Shown: positions 24,401-37,711, counted from the first letter of the stretch. The stretch is 53,252 bases of DNA from Octopus bimaculoides (GCF_001194135.2 NC_068984.1:51998360-52051611), one strand, 5' to 3'. The notes: generated by a model not told the origin, from the letters alone. A program made the numbers and translations.

Positions 24401-25199
24401 CTCCTTGATACTGCAAGCCTGGAAGGAATGCTTTCTATTGCACCACAATTCTTTTTTAGCTAGCAGCTGCAATAATATCCCTGCTCCACTACATATTCGA
24501 CCACCTGATCAGTCTTTACCAATGAGAACCAAGCTAGTAGGTGTTCTGTTTATCGAGTATTGCTTAAATGATAACGTGACAAATGCACCTGCTGGTAGCT
24601 CTGAGCGACTACAGAGTGAATCATCAACTGATTCTAAATATACATATGTATTACAAGCGCGTGCACACACAGACATACACAGCCGGAGAGACAGACACAC
24701 GTGCACACACAAGCATATCTGTTCTATCTATCTATATATATGTGGTTGTGTTTGGAGATACTTTATTCTGTAAACGTGTAATTAAATTTTATCATGCTCT
24801 AACGTTACTTAATAACTGTTCATATTTTATTATGAGTTATAAGGAGTTATTTTATTGTAAATTGTTTAGAATATTAATTCTTCTAAGTCTATTGTCACAT
24901 TAAACATTACTTGTTCTTAATCCTATCGCTATAATTTCCATTGAGAATAATACACTCTTTTGAAAGTGAATTTCATTTAGATCTTATATTGTGGTATATT
25001 ATTAACTTTTCGCCCACATGAAGCAGAAAACAAGCACCGAAGTGTGTGAACTAACTGACAACTTATAATATTGATAACTTATTATTAAATTAATGAGGTG
25101 TACTGAATCATTGATAGCCTGACGGCGATGATTATGACTGCTATTCCGCATTTTCTCTACGGTTTTTATTTCCCAGGTACCCTACAGTTATTCGTTAAT

Positions 25200-26600
25200 T
25201 CGTAAAATTTTGCTTTCGAGCAAATCATGAATACCTTATGTACTGCCGTATAGTGGTAAGAATTTACAATGCCTGATATTGGCCATAGAATATAAGAACA
25301 AAAGCAGTTTTGATAAATTCAGAGCGTATAATGAACTTTATTACGAGCCATGGACTGTTGTCCTGAATGCAATCTCTTTTGTATTGTTGATGAAATTAGT
25401 TTTCAATATTCGGAAAAGTTTACCAAATGTTTCATCGCTTCCAATGGTATCTATGCACATATGACATTCTAAGGTTTCGTGTAAAGCAAGATTAGGTTTT
25501 GATTAGGCTTTGACATAAAGTCAGTTTTACAAGAATACCATTCAACGTTAAGCTTACAGAAAATGCAGTCAGCCAAAAGATAACAAGATAAATTAGGAAT
25601 TTCTTATATGTTTTCTTATGTGGTTTTCTTACAATTTCTGAATTACCGAGGAGGAAAATGTATGTTTTAAATTTATTTTGACTCTGATCGACAAGATAAA
25701 ATTATGAAAAACGGCTTCATTTCTGCATCAAGTGATTTTTCTCCAAATACAGTGAAATATTACTTGAAAGATTCCACCCAACAGACGGGTTGTTTGTCAT
25801 CCTTGGTAAGCATTCTCCCTACAAAACGCCTAACGAGGAAAATGCTAATATTCATAAATCCTCCAATCCCCAGCTATAATTAGAAATCTAGTTAAAGGCA
25901 TCAGCAGAAGATTATTCATTCTATCAGTGGACCGAATGATCTTCAACAAGGCTACATCCTATCATAAGGAGGCACTGGTGAGGATTGTTTGTTCTGGTAA
26001 AATAGACGATATGTAAGACTTCTCATCCCAAATTTCAAAAGAGTTTGAAAGTTAATTTGGTTTAAGCCTCCATTTTATCTATATCTTTTCACTTACTTAG
26101 CTAGGAACAACTTGTTGCTAATTGGATAGCATTTCTCTACTTATAGGTGTCGAAATTTTTAATCTCCATAACGTCAAGGTTAACTATTTATACTTAGATG
26201 ATGTTGTTTCCAACATTCCGCACTACAACAAAAACAAGCACTTACCCACTGTCTTCAAACTCAGGCTTCATCCTGTAACAAACCGCCCAAATCCTACCAA
26301 CTCTCTACTGAGAGAATCCCGCTTTAAAAAGGGTGTGATCTGTGGAGACACCCTCATATCACCCGATGCTATTACTACACAGGCTTAACAGCTAATAATT
26401 TCGGGTGTTAGGACAGAGGAAACTTCACCTCCTTATCCCACTTCATCTGGATACATGGGAACCATTGAAACGATTTCCCCACCATTACATGGAACACCTT
26501 CGATTGGGTCTCTCCTTACTTAGCTGGAGTTCGTAATTGCTAACTCTGCCTTAATGAGAAACTGTATGTGCTGCAACTCCTACTAAAAGCGATGAGTGCT
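25200..26600 (+). mobile_element. Heavily decayed near-full-length Penelope-like ORF (RT, thumb, linker, GIY-YIG)
   Basis: In order: FNIRKSLPNVS (motif A spacing), YRGG (for YRDD), SPYKTPN..HKSSN..IIRNLVKGISRRL, LIWFKPPF, IFNLHNVKVNY, YYYTGLTANNF, TSLSHFIW, ITW..PYLAGVRNC*LCLNEKL. The RT part is weaker than the 3' half. Confidence 0.8.
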
Positions 26601-26635
26601 CTTTTTTTTCGTTTGATCTCCTACTCGTGTGTATA

Positions 26636-26714
26636 CATAATATAATATAATATAATATAATATAATATAATATAATATAATATAATATAACATAATATAA
26701 TATAATACAATATG

Positions 26715-26751
<37 letters not shown>

Positions 26752-26870
26752 ACAAACATACACATACATACACACATACATACACATATACATACATGCA
26801 TACGTACGTACATACATACATACATACATACATACATACATACATACATACATACATACAAATATACATA
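26636..26870. repeat. Compound (ATATA)n/(TA)n/(CATA)n microsatellite
   Basis: Direct read. Confidence 0.97.
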
Positions 26871-27594
26871 TATCTGTGTAAATGCATCCACGCTCATTTA
26901 TGTATGCATGTCAGTGATGTATGTGGTGTCTATGTGCATGTGTGTAGATGCATGTGTGTCTGCAATAAACGTGTGCATATCAAGTGTATATGCATGCATG
27001 ATAATACGATCTGGTTAACATGTTCGTTCAATTAAAGCACGCTGGAAACTAATGTAATATTGTTCTCGTTGTATAAATTATTACAGTTCTGTTCATTCAA
27101 CGGATGTCAATGCTCGTGAACCTACGAAGGTTGCAGCTGCAAAGGTTACAGGTTGTGATTTTTTGCACTGTTTTAATGACTGTCACTGACTATGTTATTG
27201 TGTAACTGCAATGGATAACGTATCTATTAATTTGCATCGAATACTGGAAATGTCTGTTGATCAGCCGACTACAGGAAATGACCTGTTATTGCCATTCTCG
27301 AGTCAGGTGTCGGCTTCTCAAAATGGCCGCTAGTACTACTATCAGGAACTTGGTGTGTCTGATATAGCATTACGATTATTGCTGATTGCTTGAAAAGAGT
27401 TCACTCAATTCAGCCGTAAATTAAATTTGGAGTTCCCACTTTTTTTTTCAAGAGAGATTAGTTACAAGCTTATTGATTGAGAAAAAACGCCCTTTAAAGT
27501 TTTATATATCAACTAGTCTATGAGCTCATTAAGCTCATTAATGTCTGATAATGTTTTAATGCTTTTTTGATATTAATAAATGCTAATATTAATA

Positions 27595-27962
27595 AAGGCG
27601 GCGAGCGAGCAGAATCGTTACCGCGCCGGACAAAATACATAGCGGCATTTCTTCCGACTTTACGTTCTGAGCTCAAATATAACCAGGTTATAAACTGCTT
27701 ACAAGAGTAGCTGATCTTAAATAAATTTTCATTAAAATGTTTATAGTATCTATTATATGACGAAAATGATAAAAGATTAAATTTAAGACGTTTTGGCACT
27801 TCAAACTAAACACCGAATTATACCATAAGATAGTTCATGGTTTATAGTTTTGCCTTACATCCTTTCAGGATCGATAAAATAAGTAACAGTTGAACGCTGA
27901 GGTTAATGTAATCGAGTTACCCTAGAAATTGCTGACCTTGTGCCAAAATTTGAAACCAATAT
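27595..27962 (+). mobile_element. SINE family A split by a ~165-bp insertion
   Basis: Head to CTGAGCTCAAAT (27595-27678), insert, then TTTTGCCTTACATCC..AAAATTTGAAACCAATA (27847-27962). Confidence 0.9.
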
Positions 27963-28066
27963 TAATGATAGCTTTGATTAAATTGTATTACAATTTCGAA
28001 GAACCAGATCATGTTCTTGATGCTGTATCATTATTGCTTGTTAAATGAATCTGTTTGGCAAAGTTG

Positions 28067-28570
28067 ATAGTAAAGTGGGTACTAGCATACTTGATGGAGT
28101 CAACCAAAAAATTTTTATAAATAAAAATTGTACTCTTAGCTATGAGAACCACTTTCAACTAAATGACAGTTTCTGTTTCAAAAGAGACACGGGAGACAAC
28201 TTCCTGAAATTTTATTCCAAATGTATCTAATATGGAATACTGGGAGAAATGGGTCTGATCGTAATCAGTAGGTGACAACTTTGGACATGTTTTAGTCTTT
28301 GTAGATCTCATCAGTGATGTATAGTCTAACTGTAGCTACAAGATTTCAGAATGAACACTGAGTGGTTAGATAACTTAAGAGAATACCCAGTGTTGCCTGT
28401 TGCATAAAAATCTCATAGTAAAGTTGGTATTAGCATACTTGGCGTAACAATTCGAGAAAGTTTATCGAATTAAAGTTACCTCTTTACAGTAGAGAACAAC
28501 TGTTTTTTTAAATGACTAATTCTGGTTTTAAAAAACAGCAGTGAGAGATAACCTCGAAATTGTATTCAAT
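28067..28570. repeat. Diverged direct repeat, ~155-bp units at a 348-bp period
   Basis: ATAGTAAAGT.GGTA.TAGCATACTTG at 28067 and 28415, followed by collinear GAGAAC.ACT..TAAATGAC and GAAATT.TATT. Confidence 0.75.
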
Positions 28571-28699
28571 GAAAATATATAGAAAGTAGTGTGGAGTGTG
28601 TTGTCAAGAGAAGCAACCCTGAAAATCTAAAAGACGTCCACAGTTGTCTTTAGACTGCTAAAGATCCGGTTTACTTCCCAATACATTCTATATTTAATC

Positions 28700-29000
28700 A
28701 ATTTACTTAAAATGCTTAGGTTATCGCCTTGGGCAGGTTTGACAGAACCAGCCACGTAGGTAATCATTGTTCTCACTATTAAGAGTTTTATTTTGAATTA
28801 ATTAAAATATTCTGGTTTACTATCTCTTTGCTGTTTAGTAATGTGTTCCTTTTCATACTCCGATAAAGCTTATTCGAGACCTCTATGTATCTCGTGAGAA
28901 TATGGAAGTGCACCCAAAGAGTTTTTCTCCAAGGTGCAGGCCTAAATAAAGTTTTTTTTTTTGCTTGTTTTTGGAAGACCAATAGTTGTTCATAAATACA
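28700..29000 (-). mobile_element. Possible LINE RT C-terminal remnant
   Basis: KLYLGLHLGEKL and LIVRTMITYVAG resemble KYLG..LD.KL and R..ITYA motifs; weak. Confidence 0.3.
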
Positions 29001-30946
29001 AATTTCTTCTCTACATGCTATTTATGACGTCAAGGGAGAAGGCAACGGCCGATACTGTTTAATATCAGCGTTATCGCCAGGCGTTTCTGTAAGGACAGCA
29101 AAACATCAGATATTGCAAGACATCCCACCCAATGCTCTAACAATCTCATCAATCAATCCACTGCTAATGGCGACCACTTTATTTATTGACCCGAAAGGAA
29201 GAAAGACAAAGTTAGAATTTGAACTTAGAGCACATAGAGTCGGAACAAAAATCTTGTGATATTTTATCCGACACTCTGTGTAGACACAAACTGAACAAAA
29301 AAGTGGAAATTAGAACAGAAGAAATCTTTAGCATACACCCTGTGATTGTACAGGTGAACGTACTATGGATGATTAATATGCATGTAAAATAAGTTAACTT
29401 GTGGTGTGAAGGGTAGCAAATATGAAATGTGTTAGTAAAACATTAAAATTGTTTCCAGTATAAATATTGTTTCAAAATAGTTATTCTATATAGCACTATG
29501 ATATTATCTGTTAATGTCTGCTTTCATAATCTTTTCCATCTAAAATTATCGAGACATCAAAAAATTATGTGCTATAGTTTTGTCACGTCTGTTTGTTTGA
29601 TTGCCTGCTTCAATGTCTGTTTCGGCTTCTCAAAAACTATTGAAGTCCCATTTTTTTATATTATCAAAGATGATTAAATAATATAACGTTTAAATAGTTT
29701 CATAATTTTTTCATTTTTCACAAGTTATCCGGATATATATTAGGTGACCTATAGGTTCTGTTATCATTTTATTGTTTCCAGTCAGTGAACAACGGTCATT
29801 CTGGAGCACCTCCTTCGATGGTTTAATCGGTCATATTGATTCAAGTACTGAATTTTAAATCTTTTTTTTTTATTGATTATATTTGCCGAATAGATACATA
29901 ATGGGGCATAATAGTAAACAAAAATTCACTCGCATACACGAACACATACAGTGATCTTCCATACTGTTTCTGTCTACCTCAGATTTTAATTACAAGGCAC
30001 GACCTGAAGCTATTATAGATGATACTTGTCCAATAGTGTCATGCAATATCACCGAACTCGAAATCTTGTAGCTGAGGAACGGACTTCTTAACCACACTTT
30101 TATTACATCGTTTCCCTATGGAAACAATAAAATAAACACAATAAACATACCTTCACAAATTTTTGTTCATTAACATGCCTATGGAGGTATAAAATGCATT
30201 CTAAGGACGACCACAAAGTCGTTTATTTTCAGTTTCTTTTGAGGGATGTGGCCATACTGAGCCCTAACCTTCAAGTATTTTACTCGACTATATCAAACCT
30301 GGTGCTATGTTTGCTACTTATTTTATCAATCTCTCTTTCTTGAATGGGTAAGTCCAAGAGACGAAAGTCGGACTACATCCGTATGGAGAGACTATTTTCT
30401 GAAGAAATATATGATGTTTATTTATTAAAATATTTCTTAGATAATGTAATGGAATGAAGTTTAGGTGAACATAAAATGTAGCCTTGTTATTTTGTTTAGA
30501 TTTTTATGCTATTGTATGTACTATTGGTACGGTCAAATGGTTACGAAGTTCAATTCATAATCATGAGGTCTCATATTCGATTTTGTGTGGAGTCTTAGAT
30601 AAGTGAATTTTACTGTAACCTCGAATTGATCCAAGCCTTATGTGTGAATTTAGATAGACAGAACCTGTGAAAACCTGTTGAGCAGACTGTATATGTGTAC
30701 CAACCGACTAATATTGACGTATTATTCCTGCTTGCAGATTACGTTAAGGGTACATGTGTATTTGAAATACTTAACCACTTACGCGTTAATACCATGACTA
30801 GTTAGATGTGTTGTCAGACAGTTTCGTTGTCTAACAATTTTATTGAAAGGATATGTCTAAGAGACATAAATAAGGCTATATCTGCATGGTTTTCCTTTGG
30901 TTTTAATTCTGTTACATAATTTGATGAAATATTTAGGTCAATTATA

Positions 30947-31163
30947 AGTCGGTGAGCTAGCAGAATTGTTAGCACGTTGGGCAAAATGCTTAGCGGTATT
31001 TCATCCGTCTTTACGTTCTGAGTTCAAATTCCGCCGAGGTCGACTTTGACTATCACCCTTTCAAGGTTGAAAAAATAAGTACCAATTGGACACTGGGGTC
31101 GTTGTAATCGACTTACACTCTACCATGAAATCGTTGGTCTTGTGCCAAAATTCGAAACCAATA
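30947..31163 (+). mobile_element. SINE family A, full length
   Basis: Consensus-like head, B box, core and tail. Confidence 0.92.
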
Positions 31164-31729
31164 TTTATGTCAAATATCTCTTATGTTGTTAGATAGAAAA
31201 AAGTGTTAACTTGCAAGGACAATGTTTACTCCTGGATGACAAGATTAAATCGAAAATTCCCAAATTCAAAATTACTTTTATTTTATTACATTAATAATTT
31301 GAAGTATGATCCGCAGGTTGAAGTGTTTTGCTGAAAAATAACTTTTAAAGAATATTTTTTAATGGTAAATTTTGTACGTTAATTTTATTATTAGAGTTTA
31401 AATTCTGTCGCCATCAAATTTACCCTTCATCTTTTCGGAATTGATAAAATAAAAGTGCAAGTAAATTCTCGAGGTCGATTTATTTTTCATAGATTCATTG
31501 AATGGAGTCACTCTAGATGATTCATCTCAACCTTCATAAATCCCCTTGTTATTCTGTTAATCTTAAGGATAGTTTAAATTGGAAGTGATTTCTGAACAGG
31601 AATAATCATTTAGGTCAAAGTCAGGAGCTAATTGTATTGTTTTATATTGTTCCCCGAGAAAATATTAAGATATGTAAGAGTGAAATTTTATTTTTGATCC
31701 TATAATATATACACTTGTCTATGTATGGT

Positions 31730-32245
<516 letters not shown>

Positions 32246-33414
32246 TATTATTATTATTATTATTATCATCATCATCATCATTGAGTGAGAGAGCAGCGCA
32301 TGCCATCAAAGTGACACTGGAGTACAAATATACGAAGCCCTATATACCCATCATGACTACCCATCTCTTAAGGGTACGCCGGGTATATGCATCATGACCA
32401 TATGTGCGCGACAGGGTAACCTTATATCAAGATAGACAGCGAATGACCTTCTGAAAATTTACTGAGATTTCATTTCAGTAGAAGGACATATTATTGTAGC
32501 TACATTTAAACAATCGAAGTGGGAACGAAGAATACAAAAGACCATTCTGACTTAGCCAGTCTGGCTAAGTCTTCCTTCCCACTTGGATTGTTTAAATGTA
32601 GTTATAATAATATGTCCTTCTACTGAAATGAAATCTGAGTAAATTTTCTGTATCTTTGTGCAGCTGAAGATTGCTCTGCATTTTACATTTAATGTAATGC
32701 TCACATTGCTTAAATAGATGGAGTCGCATGAAACGATCGTACTGCATTAACCTTGAATATTCTTGTTGCTTATTTTGATTTATNNNNNNNNNNNNNNNNN
32801 NNNNNNNNNNNNNNNNNNNNNNNNNNNNNNNNNNNNNNNNNNNNNNNNNNNNNNNNNNNNNNNNNNNNNNNNNNNNNNNNNNNNNNNNNNNNNNNNNNNN
32901 NNNNNNNNNNNNNNNNNNNNNNNNNNNNNNNNNNNNNNNNNNNNNNNNNNNNNNNNNNNNNNNNNNNNNNNNNNNNNNNNNNNNNNNNNNNNNNNNNNNN
33001 NNNNNNNNNNNNNNNNNNNNNNNNNNNNNNNNNNNNNNNNNNNNNNNNNNNNNNNNNNNNNNNNNNNNNNNNNNNNNNNNNNNNNNNNNNNNNNNNNNNN
33101 NNNNNNNNNNNNNNNNNNNNNNNNNNNNNNNNNNNNNNNNNNNNNNNNNNNNNNNNNNNNNNNNNNNNNNNNNNNNNNNNNNNNNNNNNNNNNNNNNNNN
33201 NNNNNNNNNNNNNNNNNNNNNNNNNNNNNNNNNNNNNNNNNNNNNNNNNNNNNNNNNNNNNNNNNNNNNNNNNNNNNNNNNNNNNNNNNNNNNNNNNNNN
33301 NNNNNNNNNNNNNNNNNNNNNNNNNNNNNNNNNNNNNNNNNNNNNNNNNNNNNNNNNNNNNNNNNNNNNNNNNNNNNNNNNNNNNNNNNNNNNNNNNNNN
33401 NNNNNNNNNNNNNN

Positions 33415-33473
33415 CAGGCTGTTCCGTTGATCGGATCAACTAGAACCTTCGCCGTTGTAACCGACGGAGTGCC

Positions 33474-33477
<4 letters not shown>
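33415..33477 (+). mobile_element. SINE family C 3' end
   Basis: CAGGCTGTTCCGTTGATCGGATCAAC..GTAACCGACGGAGTGCC; the rest lies in the gap. Confidence 0.85.
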
Positions 33478-33545
<68 letters not shown>

Positions 33546-33679
33546 ATATGTATACTTTTGGTTGAGAATCCATGAAAGTATTGTCCCTGCATAGTCGCAG
33601 TTCAATGGCTGAAATCAGTCAAAAGACAAAAAGTGTAATATCTTGTATTTGGAACGCATTATTTAAGAATGGTTCTTAA

Positions 33680-34000
33680 AGAATTGTTCTGGGAAACTTT
33701 TGATCCAACACATTTGTTTAAATGTTTTCTTTATATCCTCCGAGACCTGAAAACTGTTTTCTACAAATTTTGCTAATTCCCAGGAACTGTCCCACTCATT
33801 AGTTCCGTCCCATCAGCAACACTAATACTTTATCGATTAAAATAACAAATGCGTTGTCTGCTAGTAATTTCAGCATATATTTTGAATCAGAATATCTTTG
33901 CTATTTTGACGATCATCAACACCTACTGCTGAAAACCAATAAACTTTATTCTCAACCCATATGTTCATTACTTTGCTATAAGTATCAGAAACTATCAAAA
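33680..34000 (-). mobile_element. Possible hAT transposase catalytic-region remnant
   Basis: ENKVYWFSAVGV..KDILIQNI and SVADGTELMSGTVPG resemble E.F.GF and DGA..MSG...G motifs. Confidence 0.35.
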
Positions 34001-35524
34001 TATACTGCCAGAGGCTTCATTCCAACATCATATTACAGTTTATATTGGCAAGTACTTATTACATAAGCGAATGAACTGCAAGAATTCACCACCAAAATGA
34101 ACTAAGCTGAAAACGAACTGTAATAAGTTAAGCATTATATCAAGATAGCATTTTTTTACGCAAGAGTACTTGTAATTAATCATAAATGTCAAAGAAATGA
34201 AAAAGTATATTTGTGACACTTCAACGCTTTTATTTGGTACTTACTACTATTTCATAGTCCTCCCGCCAACGCCACAGTTTCTTAATTTCTTTCTTTCTCA
34301 AACCTCTCCGTCTGCTAAATCAATATCTTGTTTAGAGATGCAATAAAACTAGTGCCTCTAGTTAGAAGAGCTGTAGCAAAAGTTCAACTACTCTTGAAGT
34401 AAATTAAAACTATCACGTGAAAAAGATTATATTTGTTGCTTTTTGTATATTTGATTTACTTCATGTTATGTAACTATATACTATTAGCATCGAGCAACTA
34501 AGAAAGTAATTATAACGGACTGCGACTTAGAGATTTACGTAGTTAGCAACGATGGCTTATTGGTGTCCTTTCTTTTCTTCTTTTTTTTAAAACATTTGAT
34601 AGTGTTGATATTGTTGAGTAGCACTTAGAGAATGAGGAAGCCTGCATGCTGCCAGATATACATATGTGTATGTGTATATGTGTCCGTGTATATACGTGTG
34701 CTTATGTGTGTGTATGCAGGTATGTGTGTATGCAGGTATGTGTGTATGCATGTGCGTGTTTAAATGTGTATATAAATGCATATATATAATATATATATAT
34801 ATACATACATACATGTATATATGTATAAATATGCGTGTGTGAGTGTGTGCGTTTGTGTGACTGGCGTCCTATGCATGCCATTGACAATGTAATACAAAAC
34901 TGTTAATATAAATGTATAGATGTTAGAACTAGAATCCTTTCCCCAATACTTTACGCAACGATCCTACAAAGAAAGAGTTTATAGCACTTTCTGTTGCAGA
35001 CTTGTGCTAGTGAGGTGAGCCTCTACCTCGTCGCTTGATCTAATAGAGATAACAACCAAATATTCCTCAAACAACACACACTGCTGTCTTTCAAACTAAA
35101 ACACAATGAATAACGTAATCCAGAGTACATTAATTCTACGAAAAAGACTGAAAGGCTTTTAATGCCTTTTATCACAAATCTCTTAGATAAGACTGTCTCA
35201 GGGCTAACATTGTACAGAAGAACATTTATAACACACAATCCCATCTGTTTTATAAAACCGATGAAAAATATAAGAAATATTCTACAAATAAGTCGTAAAT
35301 TGCAGCATCTCTCAATATATCCTCACTTTTATCTTGTATTATAGAAACATAAAAGCCAAGTCGTAAAATAAAGTATAAAAGTCAGGTTATATACCATATT
35401 GTTGCACTAATAAACCTGAAAGTGCCTTGGATATCTGCTATGCACCAAACGTAGAATATTCATTTAAAAAGAAGTCGTTTTAGGGATATTTAACTGCTGT
35501 TATATATGTATGTGAATACACACG

Positions 35525-35557
<33 letters not shown>

Positions 35558-35824
35558 GCGAGAGAGTTAGGGGTTGAGGATTCAACCCACTAAGAGATAG
35601 TATCTATCCAATATACTGCTGGGAGGGTACCCAATTATTGCTACACTAGTGTTATACCAAGTGCAATAAATGGGAGCGGGTAAAAAGGTTTTTTTTTTTA
35701 CCCCAAATTTGTATATCAATTAGAAAATGGAGGATAGTATGCTGAACCCAACTACTTGCAGACAACCACTCCCCCCACAAAGTACAGGTGTTTATGACAA
35801 ACCATGTTATTTTGCCAACCGGGT

Positions 35825-35933
35825 TTATAGATAGAAGTACAAAGTACATAAGGAATTAGAGAATGAACAGAAGTTTAGATTAAACTTCTGCTCATTCTCT
35901 AATTCCTTATGTACTTTGTACTTCTATCTATAA
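35825..35933. repeat. Near-perfect inverted repeat: 53-bp arms, 3-nt loop
   Basis: 35825-35877 equals the reverse complement of 35881-35933 at 52/53 positions; loop GAT; abuts the N gap at 35934. Confidence 0.97.
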
Positions 35934-36244
35934 NNNNNNNNNNNNNNNNNNNNNNNNNNNNNNNNNNNNNNNNNNNNNNNNNNNNNNNNNNNNNNNNNNN
36001 NNNNNNNNNNNNNNNNNNNNNNNNNNNNNNNNNNNNNNNNNNNNNNNNNNNNNNNNNNNNNNNNNNNNNNNNNNNNNNNNNNNNNNNNNNNNNNNNNNNN
36101 NNNNNNNNNNNNNNNNNNNNNNNNNNNNNNNNNNNNNNNNNNNNNNNNNNNNNNNNNNNNNNNNNNNNNNNNNNNNNNNNNNNNNNNNNNNNNNNNNNNN
36201 NNNNNNNNNNNNNNNNNNNNNNNNNNNNNNNNNNATATATATAA

Positions 36245-36513
36245 GGAGCACTCTGTCGTTTACGACGACGAGGGTCTCAACTGATACGATCAACGGAACA
36301 GCCTGCTCGTGAAGTTAACGTGCAAGTGGCTGAGCAATCCACAGACACGTGTACCCCTAACGTAGTTCTCAGGGAGATTCAGCGGGACACAGAGTGTGAC
36401 AAGGCCGGCCCTTTGAAATACAGGTACTACTCATTTTTGCCAGCTGAGTGGACTGGAGCAACGTAGAATAAAGTGTTTTGCTCAAGGACACAACCACTAA
36501 GCCACGCGCCTTC
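36245..36513 (-). mobile_element. SINE family C with a deletion in the tRNA head
   Basis: Matches 16729-17014; ends ACCACTAAGCCACGCGCCTT. Confidence 0.92.
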
Positions 36514-36536
36514 ACTATATGCATATATATGTATAT

Positions 36537-36690
36537 AGGCGCTGGCGTGGCTGTGTGGTAAGAAGCTTGCTTCCCAAACACGTGGTTCGGGATACAGTCC
36601 CACTGCGTGGTACCTTGGTTGAGTGTCTTCTACTATAGCCTCAGGCCGATCAAAGCCTGTGAATGGATTTGGTAGACGGAAACTGAAACA
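36537..36690 (+). mobile_element. SINE family B 5' half
   Basis: GGCGTGGCTGTGTGGTAAGAAGCTTGCTTCCC..GGTAGACGGAAACTGAAAC. Confidence 0.92.
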
Positions 36691-36719
36691 CACACACATA
36701 CTCTTGTCATACTTGTCAT

Positions 36720-36868
36720 ACTCTGTGTCACGCTGAAACTCCCTGAGAGTTACGTTAAGGGTACTCGTGTCTGTGGAGCGCTCAGCCACACGCACGTTAA
36801 TTTCACGAGCAGGCTCTTTCGTTGATCGGATCAACTGGAACCCTTGTTGTAACCGATGGAGTGCCAGT
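36720..36868 (+). mobile_element. SINE family C 3' half
   Basis: Reverse complement of 36245-36405. Confidence 0.88.
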
Positions 36869-36934
36869 TAGTTATCTATGTTATGCGCCATGTAAATGGT
36901 TACATGTACCTACCGCTGCATATATGTGGTCATA

Positions 36935-37305
36935 TTCATCTTTTATCTTTTACTTGTTTCAGTTATTTGTCTGCGGTCACGCTGGAACACCAACTTCAAG
37001 GGTTTTAGACGAACAAATCGACCCTAGGACTTATTTTTTAAGGCTTAATACTTATTTCATTGACCTCTTTTGCTGAACCGCTAAGACACGCGCGTACACA
37101 CATACAACTAGCTTCTTTCAGTTTCCGTTTGCCAAATCCACTCACAAGGCTTTGGTCGACTCGTGGCTGTAATAGAAGACACTTGCCCAAGGTGCTATGC
37201 AGTGGAAATGGATCTGGAACCATATAGTTGGGAAGCAAGCTTCTTATTTCTTTACTGCTCACAAGGGACGCAAGCTTCTTACCACACAGCCACGCCTGCG
37301 CCTCC
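36935..37305 (-). mobile_element. SINE family B
   Basis: TTTTACTTGTTTCAG..AAATCGACCCTAGG..CAAGGCTTTGGTC..ACCACACAGCCACGCCTGCGCC. Confidence 0.9.
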
Positions 37306-37499
37306 ACAGAGCCATGCCTGCACTTTTAGGGCACTGATATTCAAGTAATTGGCGCATACTCCAGCCTGTGTATCATTTCACTTGTCATCGTATGAGGATT
37401 TTGAGATCTACTGTATCACGGTTGCATGGGGATTTTAAGCTCTACTATAGCACGATATCCCATTGCATGTTAGCACAGAGTGGTAGTCAATTAAATCAT

Positions 37500-37711
37500 T
37501 TAACCTTTTAGCATTCAGATTATTCTATGAAATGTAATGCTTATTTATTCACGTAGCTTTTAATTAACCACGCATTATCTTGCCGTTTTGAGGTTTTGAT
37601 GATGTAACTTTAATTTTAGAATGACATTGTAGGGCTGATCTGCCTGGTTTTGACGTAAAACAGGTAGAATACAAGGACAGAATATGGCCTGTTTAAATAC
37701 TGAAGGGTTAA
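37500..37711. mobile_element. TTAA-flanked MITE (piggyBac-like)
   Basis: TTAA-CCTTTTAGCATT ... AATACTGAAGGG-TTAA imperfect TIRs. Confidence 0.75.

Noticed and set aside
25279-25464. ORF with a superficial polycystin/TRP-like look and an upstream TTTCCCAG acceptor
   Set aside because: All three frames from the acceptor hit stops, and the segment fits in order within the decayed Penelope-like RT.
27319-27330. YY1-like CAAAATGGCCGC
   Set aside because: An isolated one-mismatch motif with no promoter context; expected by chance.
32280-32450. Segment that I recall as another octopus interspersed repeat; likewise ~46550-46680
   Set aside because: Single copy in this window, so it cannot be supported from the sequence alone.
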